A stretch of DNA of 61,797 nucleotides. Source: a virus (taxonomy: Duplodnaviria > Caudoviricetes). The stretch covers positions 1 to 61,797 of IMG/VR virus record IMGVR_UViG_3300044627_004557; one strand, 5' to 3'. The notes under the pieces were generated by a model, which saw only the letters and a program-made list of their open reading frames with translations, was not told where the DNA came from and did no database searches. Position numbers and translations under genes: made by a program. How positions within the stretch are numbered: the stretch's first letter is position 1; each line of letters begins with the position of its first letter. Shown here piece after piece: positions 1 through 9,035 of the stretch.

Positions 1-24
1 CAAGTCGTCTTCTTCGTTAAACAT
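1..24 (-). CDS. 5' fragment of a CDS running off the left edge (MFNEEDDL...)
   Basis: ATG at 24 lies downstream of the GAAC-N18-GTTA motif at 48-73, and the frame is open to the edge. Confidence 0.4.
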
Positions 25-47
25 AGTTTGGCTTTTAGTCAATACAA

Positions 48-73
48 TAACCAAAATAGGTTCAGTCAAGTTC
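48..73 (-). promoter_or_regulatory. Putative ECF-sigma (late) promoter GAAC-N18-GTTA
   Basis: Minus strand reads GAAC TTGACTGAACCTATTTTG GTTA, intergenic, upstream of the ATG at 24. Confidence 0.55.
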
Positions 74-76
74 CCG

Positions 77-667
77 TTAGGATAACTCGATCTTGTACCT
101 CGTGGTCAAAACGGACCGTTCCTCCAGTCCCTTGATGCCACCATTGACTTTCTTTGTCACAGCAAAGATAGTGGACTTATTGACCCCCTTGTCACAAATC
201 TCGTTTAAGTCGTTGACATCCCAAAACCAGGCTGCCGTGAGCAAGGGGTACTTGGTTGCTACCAGGTCCGGGTTAAGGACGATGTCATCGTCCACGAACT
301 TGTCAAAGGCTTTGTAGTTGTTCTTCCCGGTCAGTTGAATATAGCCACGGCCTCTGAATCGGAATCCATCTCCGGAGGCTTCATTGCCATTCCCCATCCG
401 GTTAGCGTAGACAAGATTGGCAATCTTCTCAGGGTTACGGGCGTACTTGGAGATGTCTTTGTCCTTGAAGTACTTGTTGAAGCGTTTCTTCAGTCCTACA
501 TCGGAGTAGTTCGTGTTCTCCGTGGTGAACTTGAATCCACCGCTTTCGTGGTGGCATTGCCCGAGGAAGTGTGCTAATCGCTCGGGTGTATTGATGCCGA
601 ACTTGGACATTACGTACCAAAGTTCGGCTTTTACCTTGTCGGGTATGCTTAGGTCGTCTAGGTTCAT
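77..667 (-). CDS. Endolysin, glycoside hydrolase family 19 (chitinase/lysozyme-like)
   Basis: Motifs HFLGQCHHESGGF, GFRFRGRGYIQLTGKNNY, NPDLVAT and TKKVNGG-GLEER are typical of phage GH19 lysins. Confidence 0.92.
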   Translation of the reverse strand: MNLDDLSIPDKVKAELWYVMSKFGINTPERLAHFLGQCHHESGGFKFTTENTNYSDVGLKKRFNKYFKDKDISKYARNPEKIANLVYANRMGNGNEASGDGFRFRGRGYIQLTGKNNYKAFDKFVDDDIVLNPDLVATKYPLLTAAWFWDVNDLNEICDKGVNKSTIFAVTKKVNGGIKGLEERSVLTTRYKIELS

Positions 668-936
668 TTGTTGAGCAATCTTTTCAACTCAATGTTTTCT
701 GACTCAATCTTTCGGACATGGGTTTCCATTTCGTCAAGTTTCTCGCGAAGAGCTTGAATCTCTTTCCTCATTGCCTCTATCTCTAGCTTTTGGGCGTCTG
801 CTGTTTCTTGCCACATAGCAAGAACTGCTTTGGCGTTCTGTATCTCGGCAGATTCCTTTTGGATTTTACCACCGGTGAGCCATCCAATGACTCCTGCAAT
901 GACTGCGGTTACTGATTCGGAAATCGGGAAGTCCAT
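664..936 (-). CDS. Holin-like membrane protein (N-terminal TM plus coiled coil)
   Basis: Hydrophobic VTAVIAGVIGWLTGG then a heptad coiled coil; overlaps the endolysin start by 4 nt. Confidence 0.55.
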   Translation of the reverse strand: MDFPISESVTAVIAGVIGWLTGGKIQKESAEIQNAKAVLAMWQETADAQKLEIEAMRKEIQALREKLDEMETHVRKIESENIELKRLLNK

Positions 937-948
937 TTTGTCTTTGTT

Positions 949-2211
949 TTATAAAGTAGTTAGCGCTTGAAGCTGATCGTTTGGAAGTCTTTTGTTGTAG
1001 ATGGCAGCGGTTATGATGCGGTCACCAATGATGTTCACTCCGTTTATATTGCCCAAACCAACGCTATTCATTACTGGAACGCTGCAACTTGTGTTCGTGC
1101 CAACAATACTCCCATTTAAGCAAACCACGAAGTCGTTTTGTTTATACCCTACCGCAATTTTATTAACGGGATTAGGCATTGCTGCAAGAATATCAACTTG
1201 ACCGCTACCCAAAAAGGTCAGTCCTACACGAAGCCTTTTAACAGAGCCATCTAAAAATAATTGCAAGCCGATTGTATTGCTGCTTGTGCCATCTGATAAA
1301 GAAATAACCCTTGAAAAATTCACAAAATTTCTCACATCTACCTCCGCATAAATCGTACCCTCTGTCTGGCCGATGTAATCCGTAGCACCGGTTAGGCTGA
1401 TGACATCTGCGTTTCTTGTTAAACCGCTAGTCGTTGTTGGTATTACAGATGTTGCAACACTGCCTAGTTCCATTTGAGGCAAGCCGATGCGGATGGTGAA
1501 GTCGTAGGTTTGACCAATCGTTGTTGTGAAATACAGCGCAGGCGTAACCCTTCCCGTGTTTGCATTTGTTAAAGTGCGAGTGAACGAATACCTCGTTAAG
1601 TTTGATGTCAGCGTTAGGTTTTGCGTTCCATCGGTGAGGTATGTTCCAGCAGCATTGCGCTCCTGTATGGCTGCCTGATAATTCGTTGGAGGATTAGGCG
1701 CAGAAACAACCGACAAATAAGCCGATTCAGTCCATGCTTGTCCTACGCTTGCAGTAATGGCTGTGGTTGTTTCAAACGTAATCGTGTTGATGCTTAAACT
1801 TGCTGTTCCACTAAGCCTAATGTCAATGTAAGTAATTCCACTTACAACGCCCGTTGCAACAATCGTTTGAGTTAATGTGCCAATCTCATTTGTCCAATTT
1901 GTCGGCAAAGTTCCGGGGCTTCCTGTAACCGCTCCGACCATTGTGTTGTTGCGTATGCTATTGGTTGCAGCAGGCTCAACGAGCAACGCAGGTGAACCTC
2001 CAGTGAAGTCAATCCTTGGTAGGTTCCCGGAAGCAGCGGTCTGAATGAATCCATTTGACCCAACAAATGTTCCGTTTGTTCCTCCACCCCTTGTGGCAGC
2101 AAACTCACGCTTGACAAAGAATCCATCATCCGATTGGTAGTACCCCAATAGGTTACCGTTCTTGATTCCCCAGTTGTTGCGTCCTACGACGATTGTTGGT
2201 GTTGTAGCCAT
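949..2211 (-). CDS. Virion spike/fibre protein paralog 3 (CBM-like middle, LamG/ConA-like C-terminus)
   Basis: PRIDF..PALLVEP..TN, QMELGSVATSVIPTT..TRNADVI, GQTEGTIY and KIAVGYKQND are shared with the two neighbouring paralogs. Confidence 0.75.
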   Translation of the reverse strand: MATTPTIVVGRNNWGIKNGNLLGYYQSDDGFFVKREFAATRGGGTNGTFVGSNGFIQTAASGNLPRIDFTGGSPALLVEPAATNSIRNNTMVGAVTGSPGTLPTNWTNEIGTLTQTIVATGVVSGITYIDIRLSGTASLSINTITFETTTAITASVGQAWTESAYLSVVSAPNPPTNYQAAIQERNAAGTYLTDGTQNLTLTSNLTRYSFTRTLTNANTGRVTPALYFTTTIGQTYDFTIRIGLPQMELGSVATSVIPTTTSGLTRNADVISLTGATDYIGQTEGTIYAEVDVRNFVNFSRVISLSDGTSSNTIGLQLFLDGSVKRLRVGLTFLGSGQVDILAAMPNPVNKIAVGYKQNDFVVCLNGSIVGTNTSCSVPVMNSVGLGNINGVNIIGDRIITAAIYNKRLPNDQLQALTTL

Positions 2212-2214
2212 AAA

Positions 2215-3528
2215 TTAAACGACGGTGTAAGATAAGCTTGATGCAAGAGCGGAATAAGACTGAATCTGCGATGTTGCGGATTCTAGGAGGTAGTTCGGTA
2301 AACGGGTTTTGTAGATGGCAACGGAGCGAATGCGAGAGTTTATTACGCTTGTTGTGCCAGTGTCTTCAATTTTGCCTACATTAACAGTATTTAATGATGC
2401 AGGATATTCGGAATATGTCCCCGAAACCACCGTTCCCCCATTTAAACTTGAAGTTAATATTCCGCTTACGCCACTTTGAATGTAACCAAGTGCCACTTTA
2501 TTAAAGCCGACAACAGGAGTTCCTACAGTCATAGTTCCCGCTTCGATTGCTGCAGTTATACCTCCTCCAGCAAAATAAAGAATTATCCTATTTGATTGAG
2601 TTCCATCGCTAATCGCTAAAATACGCCTCGTGCTCGTGTCGGTCCTATATTCAAATTCAGCATACATCGTGCCTTCAGTTTGGCCAATCAACCCACTTGC
2701 GCTCGTCTTGTTTATGACATCTGCATTACGGGTTATGGCTTGATTTGTTGTGGGGATGTAGGATGTTACAATGGAACCTATTTCTATCTGCGCGCCAAAA
2801 AGATAAAAACTACTGCCATTGCCGATATAATCAGCATCACTAGCAGAGTTTTGCATTTGAATAAAAACGGTCGTCAATTGCGTAGTTGTAGCCGTTCCTC
2901 TTATAGAAAACCGATACCAACCATTTCCGTAATTATCAATAGAAGCACCGCTACCGTCCAGGTTTGTTATCGCCAAAGTATCTAAATTCAATACAGCTCT
3001 TGCAGAAAATGCTGTATTAGCATTAAGCAATAAGAATCTATTGCTTGAATTTTTCTTTACAAAAACAGACATTGTATAAGTCGTTCCGCTTACAAATGAC
3101 GTTTGTACTACTTGGCTAATTCTATGCCTTGAGTCGACCGAAGTGTCAGCCATTAAAAAGGCATTGGTTGTGCCATCAGGCGAAGTGAATCCGCTTGTAG
3201 ACCCTGTCGTAAAAACAATATTAGTTGTAGACCACGGAAAGCCATAGTTTAATTCATTGCTTCTTACAAGTAAGTTTGTCCCACTCGGCTCAACGAGCAA
3301 CGCAGGGCAGCCTGGCGTTCCGGAACTTGTATAGTAATCAAGTCTTGGTACATTATCGGCAACGGTTTCAATGAAGCCCGAAGCGTTAACCCTTGTTGCA
3401 AGGTTGGTAGTTGGGGAGGTTGTACGGCTTACAGAGAAGTCACCGCTAACATCCATAGGCACTTGAGTCAAGAGTGTTCCAACTCCGTACTTTGCGGGTA
3501 TCAACTCAATAGATGGAACAATGTTCAT
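2215..3528 (-). CDS. Virion spike/fibre protein paralog 2
   Basis: ATRVNASG..VPRLDY..CPALLVEPSGTN, NYGNGWYR, GAQIEIG..TSYIPTT..TRNAD, GQTEGT. Confidence 0.75.
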   Translation of the reverse strand: MNIVPSIELIPAKYGVGTLLTQVPMDVSGDFSVSRTTSPTTNLATRVNASGFIETVADNVPRLDYYTSSGTPGCPALLVEPSGTNLLVRSNELNYGFPWSTTNIVFTTGSTSGFTSPDGTTNAFLMADTSVDSRHRISQVVQTSFVSGTTYTMSVFVKKNSSNRFLLLNANTAFSARAVLNLDTLAITNLDGSGASIDNYGNGWYRFSIRGTATTTQLTTVFIQMQNSASDADYIGNGSSFYLFGAQIEIGSIVTSYIPTTNQAITRNADVINKTSASGLIGQTEGTMYAEFEYRTDTSTRRILAISDGTQSNRIILYFAGGGITAAIEAGTMTVGTPVVGFNKVALGYIQSGVSGILTSSLNGGTVVSGTYSEYPASLNTVNVGKIEDTGTTSVINSRIRSVAIYKTRLPNYLLESATSQIQSYSALASSLSYTVV

Positions 3529-4934
3529 AGTGTTATAAGTTCATTATGTCTTGTCTGCAAACATCCTGGAAGCTCAGAGAATGTACTAGTCCTTGCAACG
3601 AATGTATCCCAAATCATATCCCTAACATTGCTGTAATAGGTAGGAGATGTCAAGACCATAAGGTCTGCATCGTCAAGCCTTGAGTTGTAGAGCGCTAATG
3701 TCCTGCATCGTTGAATACTAATGTTGGCAACTGCTGGGCTTGAAAATTGCATTTGTGTCAAGCCTGTTGGAATTGTCCCTGAAACATCAGTGCCAACTTG
3801 TACGCCGTTCAAATAAAAAACAAAATCGTTTTGCTTATAGGCAACTGCAACTTTGTAAAATTGTCCAACAGTTATTGCCGCCGATGTTGCGATTCCACAT
3901 TGCGCTGTGCTTGAGAAAACGGCGAATTGCATAGTTCCATTGCTGTTAGTTTCCAAACTTATTCTTTGGTTTGCGGATGCCCCGACAGAAAAGAACATTT
4001 TGTCAATCTGCCCCAAAGAGCCCTCCCAATAAATCGTTCCTTCGCTTTGGCCAATAAGGCCACTAGCCCCGGTCAAAGAAATCAAATCTGCATTCCTTGT
4101 AACAGAACCAGTAGTGGTTGGGATGTAGGAGGTGGGGACGGAGCCCGTTTCTAGTTGTGCGCCCCAGCCATAAAGGACATCCGTTATGGTTCCAGCAAAA
4201 GATGGCACACGAGTATCACCACTTGAAGTTATTAAAACAGGAATTATGCCTTGGTCAAGGCCATCCTGCGTACAAGTTGCTGTTAACCTGCACCGATACC
4301 ATCCATTGCCGTAATTCTCAATGCTTGCCGCCCTATTTGTGTCTGCCGTGCCACCACTTGCAACAACTGCGCCTGCTTGCAAATCAAAATTTGCATAACC
4401 ATTTTGCGAAAATTTCCCACCAAAAGTTAGTTGCACATACCTACCTGCCGAGCCTGTGCCCTGTTTAAAAAACCCGCTTTGAGTGTAAATCGTGCCACTG
4501 GTGTAAGAAACCCTACTGCCTAATGTAAAAAAATTTGATTCAACAATGTGAATACCAGATGCAGCTGTAGGACTAATCGCATTGGACGTATTCGTCCCAA
4601 AGGGGTCAAGTGTACCTGTTGTACCCGTTAATGTTGTCGTATTTGTTAAAGTCCAACTTGTTCCTGTTGCCCACGTCTGCGAATGCCAGGCCAAGTTAGT
4701 CGCAGACGGCTCCACGAGCAACGCAGGACATCCTGCAACACCGCCTGTGGTATAGTAATCCAGCCTAGGGATGTTGGCATTTACTACCTCAATATTCCCA
4801 TTGGAGTTAACCCTTGTGGCTGTGTCCAACAATCGACCAACCGTAAAGTCCCCCACTCCCGTGATGGGTATCTCGCTGTACAATTTGGTAGCCTTGTACC
4901 GATAGGGGACAACAACAAGCGACGGATTCTGCAT
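3525..4934 (-). CDS. Virion spike/fibre protein paralog 1, with C-terminal extension
   Basis: PSLVVVPYRYKATKLYS, ATRVNSNG..IPRLDY..CPALLVEPSATN, NYGNGWYR, GAQLETG..TSYIPTT, KVAVAYKQND. Confidence 0.75.
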   Translation of the reverse strand: MQNPSLVVVPYRYKATKLYSEIPITGVGDFTVGRLLDTATRVNSNGNIEVVNANIPRLDYYTTGGVAGCPALLVEPSATNLAWHSQTWATGTSWTLTNTTTLTGTTGTLDPFGTNTSNAISPTAASGIHIVESNFFTLGSRVSYTSGTIYTQSGFFKQGTGSAGRYVQLTFGGKFSQNGYANFDLQAGAVVASGGTADTNRAASIENYGNGWYRCRLTATCTQDGLDQGIIPVLITSSGDTRVPSFAGTITDVLYGWGAQLETGSVPTSYIPTTTGSVTRNADLISLTGASGLIGQSEGTIYWEGSLGQIDKMFFSVGASANQRISLETNSNGTMQFAVFSSTAQCGIATSAAITVGQFYKVAVAYKQNDFVFYLNGVQVGTDVSGTIPTGLTQMQFSSPAVANISIQRCRTLALYNSRLDDADLMVLTSPTYYSNVRDMIWDTFVARTSTFSELPGCLQTRHNELITL

Positions 4935-5137
4935 TAGTCTGTGATGCTTATAAGGTTAATGAATCTCGTCTGAAGGCATTGATATGCCGCTAACTCCGCA
5001 GGTAAAGCCGAATCTGCGTCAGCCCTCAAGTTATACGCAACCCACCGGGGATCATCCAGGTCAAGTTCTTGGTAAAATGTCGTATACGCCCTGCGACCCC
5101 TTAGGGCTCTGCCGTTAGGCTGACCCTTAACCTTCAT
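4934..5137 (-). CDS. Small virion-associated protein (putative spike adaptor)
   Basis: TAATG overlap with paralog 1; its C-terminus CLQTRFINLI resembles the paralog-1 tail CLQTRHNELI. Confidence 0.55.
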   Translation of the reverse strand: MKVKGQPNGRALRGRRAYTTFYQELDLDDPRWVAYNLRADADSALPAELAAYQCLQTRFINLISITD

Positions 5138-5645
5138 AGGCGTCCGTCGTTAACTCAATTTGAAACTGCTGAGAAGCGGCAGGGGTAAACCCACCCCTAG
5201 CCTCTAAAATGCCCACAAAGGTTCCACGTCCCGCTAACTCGCCACGAAATGCTGCGCTCTGAAAACAAAGACGCTCCGTGTCCACGATGCTGAATGTGGA
5301 TCCCGCCGTTGACACCCAGGTCGTCAGGTCAATAAACCCAACATACTTGGATGCATCCGCGTAAAGAATGCTGATAGCCACATTATCCCCCACCGTGGTA
5401 CCTGCAGCGATGGTCTGCCCAGATGCAAGGGTGTAGAGATGAAGCCTTAGAGCCGCAGTAAAGCCCGATGCATTCGTAAAGAGCTTACACTTGGTTACAT
5501 AGCCGTTGCCATACATTGTTTCGCCAAGTCCTAGGAATACCGAGCCAGTATCGGTTGTACCGGTGGTCGTACAAATCCTGTCCCCAATGCTGTAAGCAGT
5601 GGCATTGTCTGGCCGTGTAATTGTTACTGTCGCAACACGTATCAT
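5127..5645 (-). CDS. Probable structural (beta-rich) protein
   Basis: Begins TITRPDNATAYSIGD; Thr/Gly-rich; first gene of the spike operon, after a late-type promoter. Confidence 0.6.
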   Translation of the reverse strand: MIRVATVTITRPDNATAYSIGDRICTTTGTTDTGSVFLGLGETMYGNGYVTKCKLFTNASGFTAALRLHLYTLASGQTIAAGTTVGDNVAISILYADASKYVGFIDLTTWVSTAGSTFSIVDTERLCFQSAAFRGELAGRGTFVGILEARGGFTPAASQQFQIELTTDAYEG

Positions 5646-5668
5646 AATGAGTTATTTAATCACTCATT

Positions 5669-5694
5669 CAACAAAAAAGCAGACTATGCCGTTC
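5669..5694 (-). promoter_or_regulatory. Putative ECF-sigma (late) promoter GAAC-N18-GTTG
   Basis: Minus strand reads GAAC GGCATAGTCTGCTTTTTT GTTG, 23 nt upstream of the ATG at 5645. Confidence 0.55.
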
Positions 5695-5705
5695 GCAAGC
5701 ACCCA

Positions 5706-5779
5706 AAGTAAAAGCCCCCACCCATCAAGACCCGACTGAAAACGAAACCAAAAAGGCCGGGACTGAAAGGCAGGGGCTG
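5706..5779 (-). terminator. Long hairpin / intrinsic terminator ending the replication-gene transcript
   Basis: Minus strand AGCCCC...GGGGCT outer stem with CCCGGC/GTCGGG inner stem, followed by TTTTACTTT. Confidence 0.5.
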
Positions 5780-5814
5780 AATATCCGTGCTACTGATGCA
5801 AATATAGTACCGCT

Positions 5815-6912
5815 TTACGCAGTTTTGGACTTGTTTTGACAAATATTTTTGTAAATCTCTACCCTCTTGGGGAATACTTTCTTGTAATCAAAGTCCCTCA
5901 TGATCGTTTCATGGAGGTTCCTGGCTAGCTCATCACGCATGTCCTTGTCGTTGATCAGCATCTTGGTGTACCGGTACCAGGCATTGGACTCCTTCTCACC
6001 AACAAGTAATCCGTTGACATTGTGCTTGATAACGTCTTCGTACTGAGGCATCTTGGAGCAAATCAAAGGCTTATGCATATAACCTGCTTCAACGCACTTT
6101 AACTCAGAGCGGTAGTGGTTGAACTTGTCACCACGAAGCGGTGCATAACACACATCCACCTCGTTGTACCCATAGCCATACTCATAAACGCTCATAGCGT
6201 TAATCCTGGCGTAGTTCTTATTCTGATACCCGTTGGTAAAGACATTCTCGTAAAACTGATAGGCCGGGTTGTCGTTCCAGCCGGCACAGACAAGCAGGTA
6301 CCGATCATTAAGCGACCGATCCCGGTACAGCGATTTCATAGACTCAGCCATAAGGGCAACGTCCGGGATGTGCTGTGCGCCCCCGAACCACCCAAACCGA
6401 ACCTTCTCAGACTCCGTAGGACGGGCTACAAACGCATCAATGCCCTCCGGGTAGGGGACATTGGACACGATGCTCACATTCGCGTTGAGAGGCTTTATAC
6501 GCTCTTCAAGGTATGAAGTGGTACAGAACACATGGTCAACACATTCAATGCTCTTAGCGAGCTTGTGAGGCAGATTCTGGGTCTTGTAGGACTGGTACAT
6601 GTGGTGGTCCGATGGGAGCACCCAGTAGTCGTCATAGTCCAAGATAACCTTGGCACCATGGGATCGCAAAGTGTTATAGAAGTCTTCTATCTCCTTGTCG
6701 GTTCCGAGGACAAGGTTCCTTGAAGCAAGGAAGATGTCTACCGTTTGGACATGCTCGTCCTCAAGGCTTGGTATCTCCTTGAAGTTCGTCAGCAGGAAGT
6801 CCTTCTCGTGTTCCTTCTGGAGCCACAGGTTGGGCATCGCCAACCGGTACAGACTCGCTCCCGTTTCCTCCTGGCTGAATATCGTCCCCAAGTGTATCTT
6901 TCCGTCCTTCAT
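5815..6912 (-). CDS. Glycosyltransferase (GT-B fold, family 4-like)
   Basis: LDYDDYW, RFGWFGGAQH, DVCYAPL..FNHYRSELKCVEAG..PLICS and HNVNGLLV match the group-1 GT C-terminal signature. Confidence 0.85.
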   Translation of the reverse strand: MKDGKIHLGTIFSQEETGASLYRLAMPNLWLQKEHEKDFLLTNFKEIPSLEDEHVQTVDIFLASRNLVLGTDKEIEDFYNTLRSHGAKVILDYDDYWVLPSDHHMYQSYKTQNLPHKLAKSIECVDHVFCTTSYLEERIKPLNANVSIVSNVPYPEGIDAFVARPTESEKVRFGWFGGAQHIPDVALMAESMKSLYRDRSLNDRYLLVCAGWNDNPAYQFYENVFTNGYQNKNYARINAMSVYEYGYGYNEVDVCYAPLRGDKFNHYRSELKCVEAGYMHKPLICSKMPQYEDVIKHNVNGLLVGEKESNAWYRYTKMLINDKDMRDELARNLHETIMRDFDYKKVFPKRVEIYKNICQNKSKTA

Positions 6913-7162
6913 TTTTCTGAATCTGCCCCAATAACTCCAAAAACTTGTTTTGGTTCGGAGCGAGTTCAGACCATCCGGTCTTGATATACTTGTAGGCTTG
7001 CTTTACCAAGTTGTATCGCGTGGAGTGCTTCCCCTGCTTGGGATCCTTCTTGCCCCTTAGATACTCCTTTATCAACTTGTTGGCAGAACGACGTTCCTCG
7101 TGGAACATGTCATAGGCCATTCCTTCGGGCCTTTTGTGCATTATGTTAAAATTTGTCTCCAT
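6761..7162 (-). CDS. Hypothetical basic protein
   Basis: Fills the gap between the primase and the GT; its 3' end overlaps the GT by about 150 nt. Confidence 0.5.
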   Translation of the reverse strand: METNFNIMHKRPEGMAYDMFHEERRSANKLIKEYLRGKKDPKQGKHSTRYNLVKQAYKYIKTGWSELAPNQNKFLELLGQIQKNEGRKDTLGDDIQPGGNGSESVPVGDAQPVAPEGTREGLPADELQGDTKP

Positions 7163-9011
7163 TTAGGTATTTATTTTTTACTTTGAACTCTAATGTTGCT
7201 GGGTCTAGTCCGGAAGATTCCATCATCAACGTGTTGCTATCAAAGTTATAAACTACATTGATAGTTTCTCCCGAATCTCTTTTATCAAATAACCTTAGGT
7301 AACCCAAATCATTCCTATAAACGATATCGTCACCATTGGTTCTTTCGTTGTCAACAACCAGACTGCACGAAACAAAGATATCTGCGTTGTCATAAATCTT
7401 ACCACTACCCCGTAAGTAGGGAGTCAGATCCCTCGTGTGCTTGGGGACATCCTTGGTCACGTGGACCAAGGCGATAATGGGGATGTTCATCTCGTTGGCC
7501 AAGTACTTCAGCTCACGGGTATGCTTCTCCGCAGAATCCTTCTCTCCTCCCGTGTCCATCATCATAGAAAGACCATCAACGACAAGCATATCAATGCTGC
7601 CATAGGCGTTCTCCACCTGCTCAATGATGCTACGGTAGTGCCCCGAATTAGCGGCCAACTTGTAGTCCACGATGATGCGCTTACTGAAATCGTCCTTCAG
7701 CATCTCTTGGACCTTCCTAGTGGCCTCCTCTTGGTCTAAGGCGTAGAGTTCCTTGAACTCATCCCAAAGTTTTCTAGATGCAAATCCCGATCGGTACATA
7801 TTAACACTCCGCTTGAGGAACTGCGTCTTGGACATCTCTTGGTTGTTGTAGATACCCCTCATGCCCATGCGAGCATTGTTGAAGAGAATCTCTTGGGCGT
7901 AGATGGATTTCTTGGTTCCGCCCTGACCGGCAATGACAATCAACTTGCCCTTTAGGTCACCACGAATCAACTCGTTGAACTCATTGAACACCAAGTCGTA
8001 GTTGCCACTCTTCTCGTCCAAAGCGTTAAGGATGTCGGGGATTTGCTCATGGAGAGCAAACCAAGTCCTCACGCCCGTGTCTGCCGTTGCTTTGGCTTTA
8101 GTACGGCTCTGAGCAGAACGGACCAGGTTGTAGAGTTCTTTGTCATCCAATGGCGCACCGGTGGCGATGTTGATGCCCGACACAATCCTTAGGATGTCCT
8201 GAAACTTGAGTTCGCTCTTGTCAAACAAGGCACAAGCCTGCTTAAATAGGGAGTTGTTTCTCTCCCCGGCTGAAGGCACGGAGAAGAGCCCTTCCTTGTC
8301 CATGGGTTTACGATCGGAAATCTCGTGGCTGAAGTCATCCACATAGCTGGAGTACTCCCAAGCCTCCACCAAGTTCTTGTTGGGCCTTGCGGAGCTAATC
8401 TCCGCATCAAAGCGGAAAATAGGACTGGGAGACTCGGCATAGAAGGAAATCTCCTCAATGCTCTGCACGATGAAGTCTTCGTACTTGACACCGCTCTTGT
8501 ACAAACCGCTGTCCGGATGGCGAGAGTTGATAGCACGGAAAGCCCTGTTGGGGTTGTAGATGCCATGGTCAACGCTTGAGATGCCCTCCGTAAGGGTAAA
8601 GACGAGTTTCTTTATCTTGTCCGGCAAGTCTGCCGATGGCTTAAAGCCACCGAACAGGTTGGAATGCAGCCCTACGTGGAAGCCTTTCTTCCCGGAGAAG
8701 CAGATGTAAATCTGCTTGGGATCGACAAGGTACTCCGATATGAGCCTTTTGACGAAAGCCTTGGACTGATTGAATGCTTCTTCAACATCGGCATTGTCAA
8801 TGTCCACCCAAACGATGTTCATATAGAACTCCCCCCGGTAGCCCTTCACGGAGCCATTGACCGAAAAGTGGTTCCGGATAGACTCCCCGTACTGAAACAG
8901 GGAGGTGTAGCGTTCGTGGTCGCAGGATTCGTACCCTATGTCCTCAAGGTGAACAATTCGGGCGTTCTTGTTTCGGCTCTGAATAGAGCCATCGATTAGT
9001 TCTGTGTACAT
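7146..9011 (-). CDS. Primase-helicase fusion (AEP primase-polymerase + PriCT + DnaB/RecA-like ATPase)
   Basis: AEP motifs WVDID and FSGKKGFHV; PriCT-like GERNNSLFKQAC; helicase motifs IVIAGQGGTKKS, LVVDGL, LKYLANEMNIPIIALVH and LRGSG..NAD. Confidence 0.85.
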   Translation of the reverse strand: MYTELIDGSIQSRNKNARIVHLEDIGYESCDHERYTSLFQYGESIRNHFSVNGSVKGYRGEFYMNIVWVDIDNADVEEAFNQSKAFVKRLISEYLVDPKQIYICFSGKKGFHVGLHSNLFGGFKPSADLPDKIKKLVFTLTEGISSVDHGIYNPNRAFRAINSRHPDSGLYKSGVKYEDFIVQSIEEISFYAESPSPIFRFDAEISSARPNKNLVEAWEYSSYVDDFSHEISDRKPMDKEGLFSVPSAGERNNSLFKQACALFDKSELKFQDILRIVSGINIATGAPLDDKELYNLVRSAQSRTKAKATADTGVRTWFALHEQIPDILNALDEKSGNYDLVFNEFNELIRGDLKGKLIVIAGQGGTKKSIYAQEILFNNARMGMRGIYNNQEMSKTQFLKRSVNMYRSGFASRKLWDEFKELYALDQEEATRKVQEMLKDDFSKRIIVDYKLAANSGHYRSIIEQVENAYGSIDMLVVDGLSMMMDTGGEKDSAEKHTRELKYLANEMNIPIIALVHVTKDVPKHTRDLTPYLRGSGKIYDNADIFVSCSLVVDNERTNGDDIVYRNDLGYLRLFDKRDSGETINVVYNFDSNTLMMESSGLDPATLEFKVKNKYLNGDKF

Positions 9012-9035
9012 TTGGTTTCGTTTTCACAAAGATAA

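Noticed and set aside
949-4934. Diversity-generating retroelement or invertase shufflon acting on the spike genes
   Set aside because: No reverse transcriptase, no TR/VR pair with adenine-specific mismatches, no recombinase, and no inverted orientation seen.
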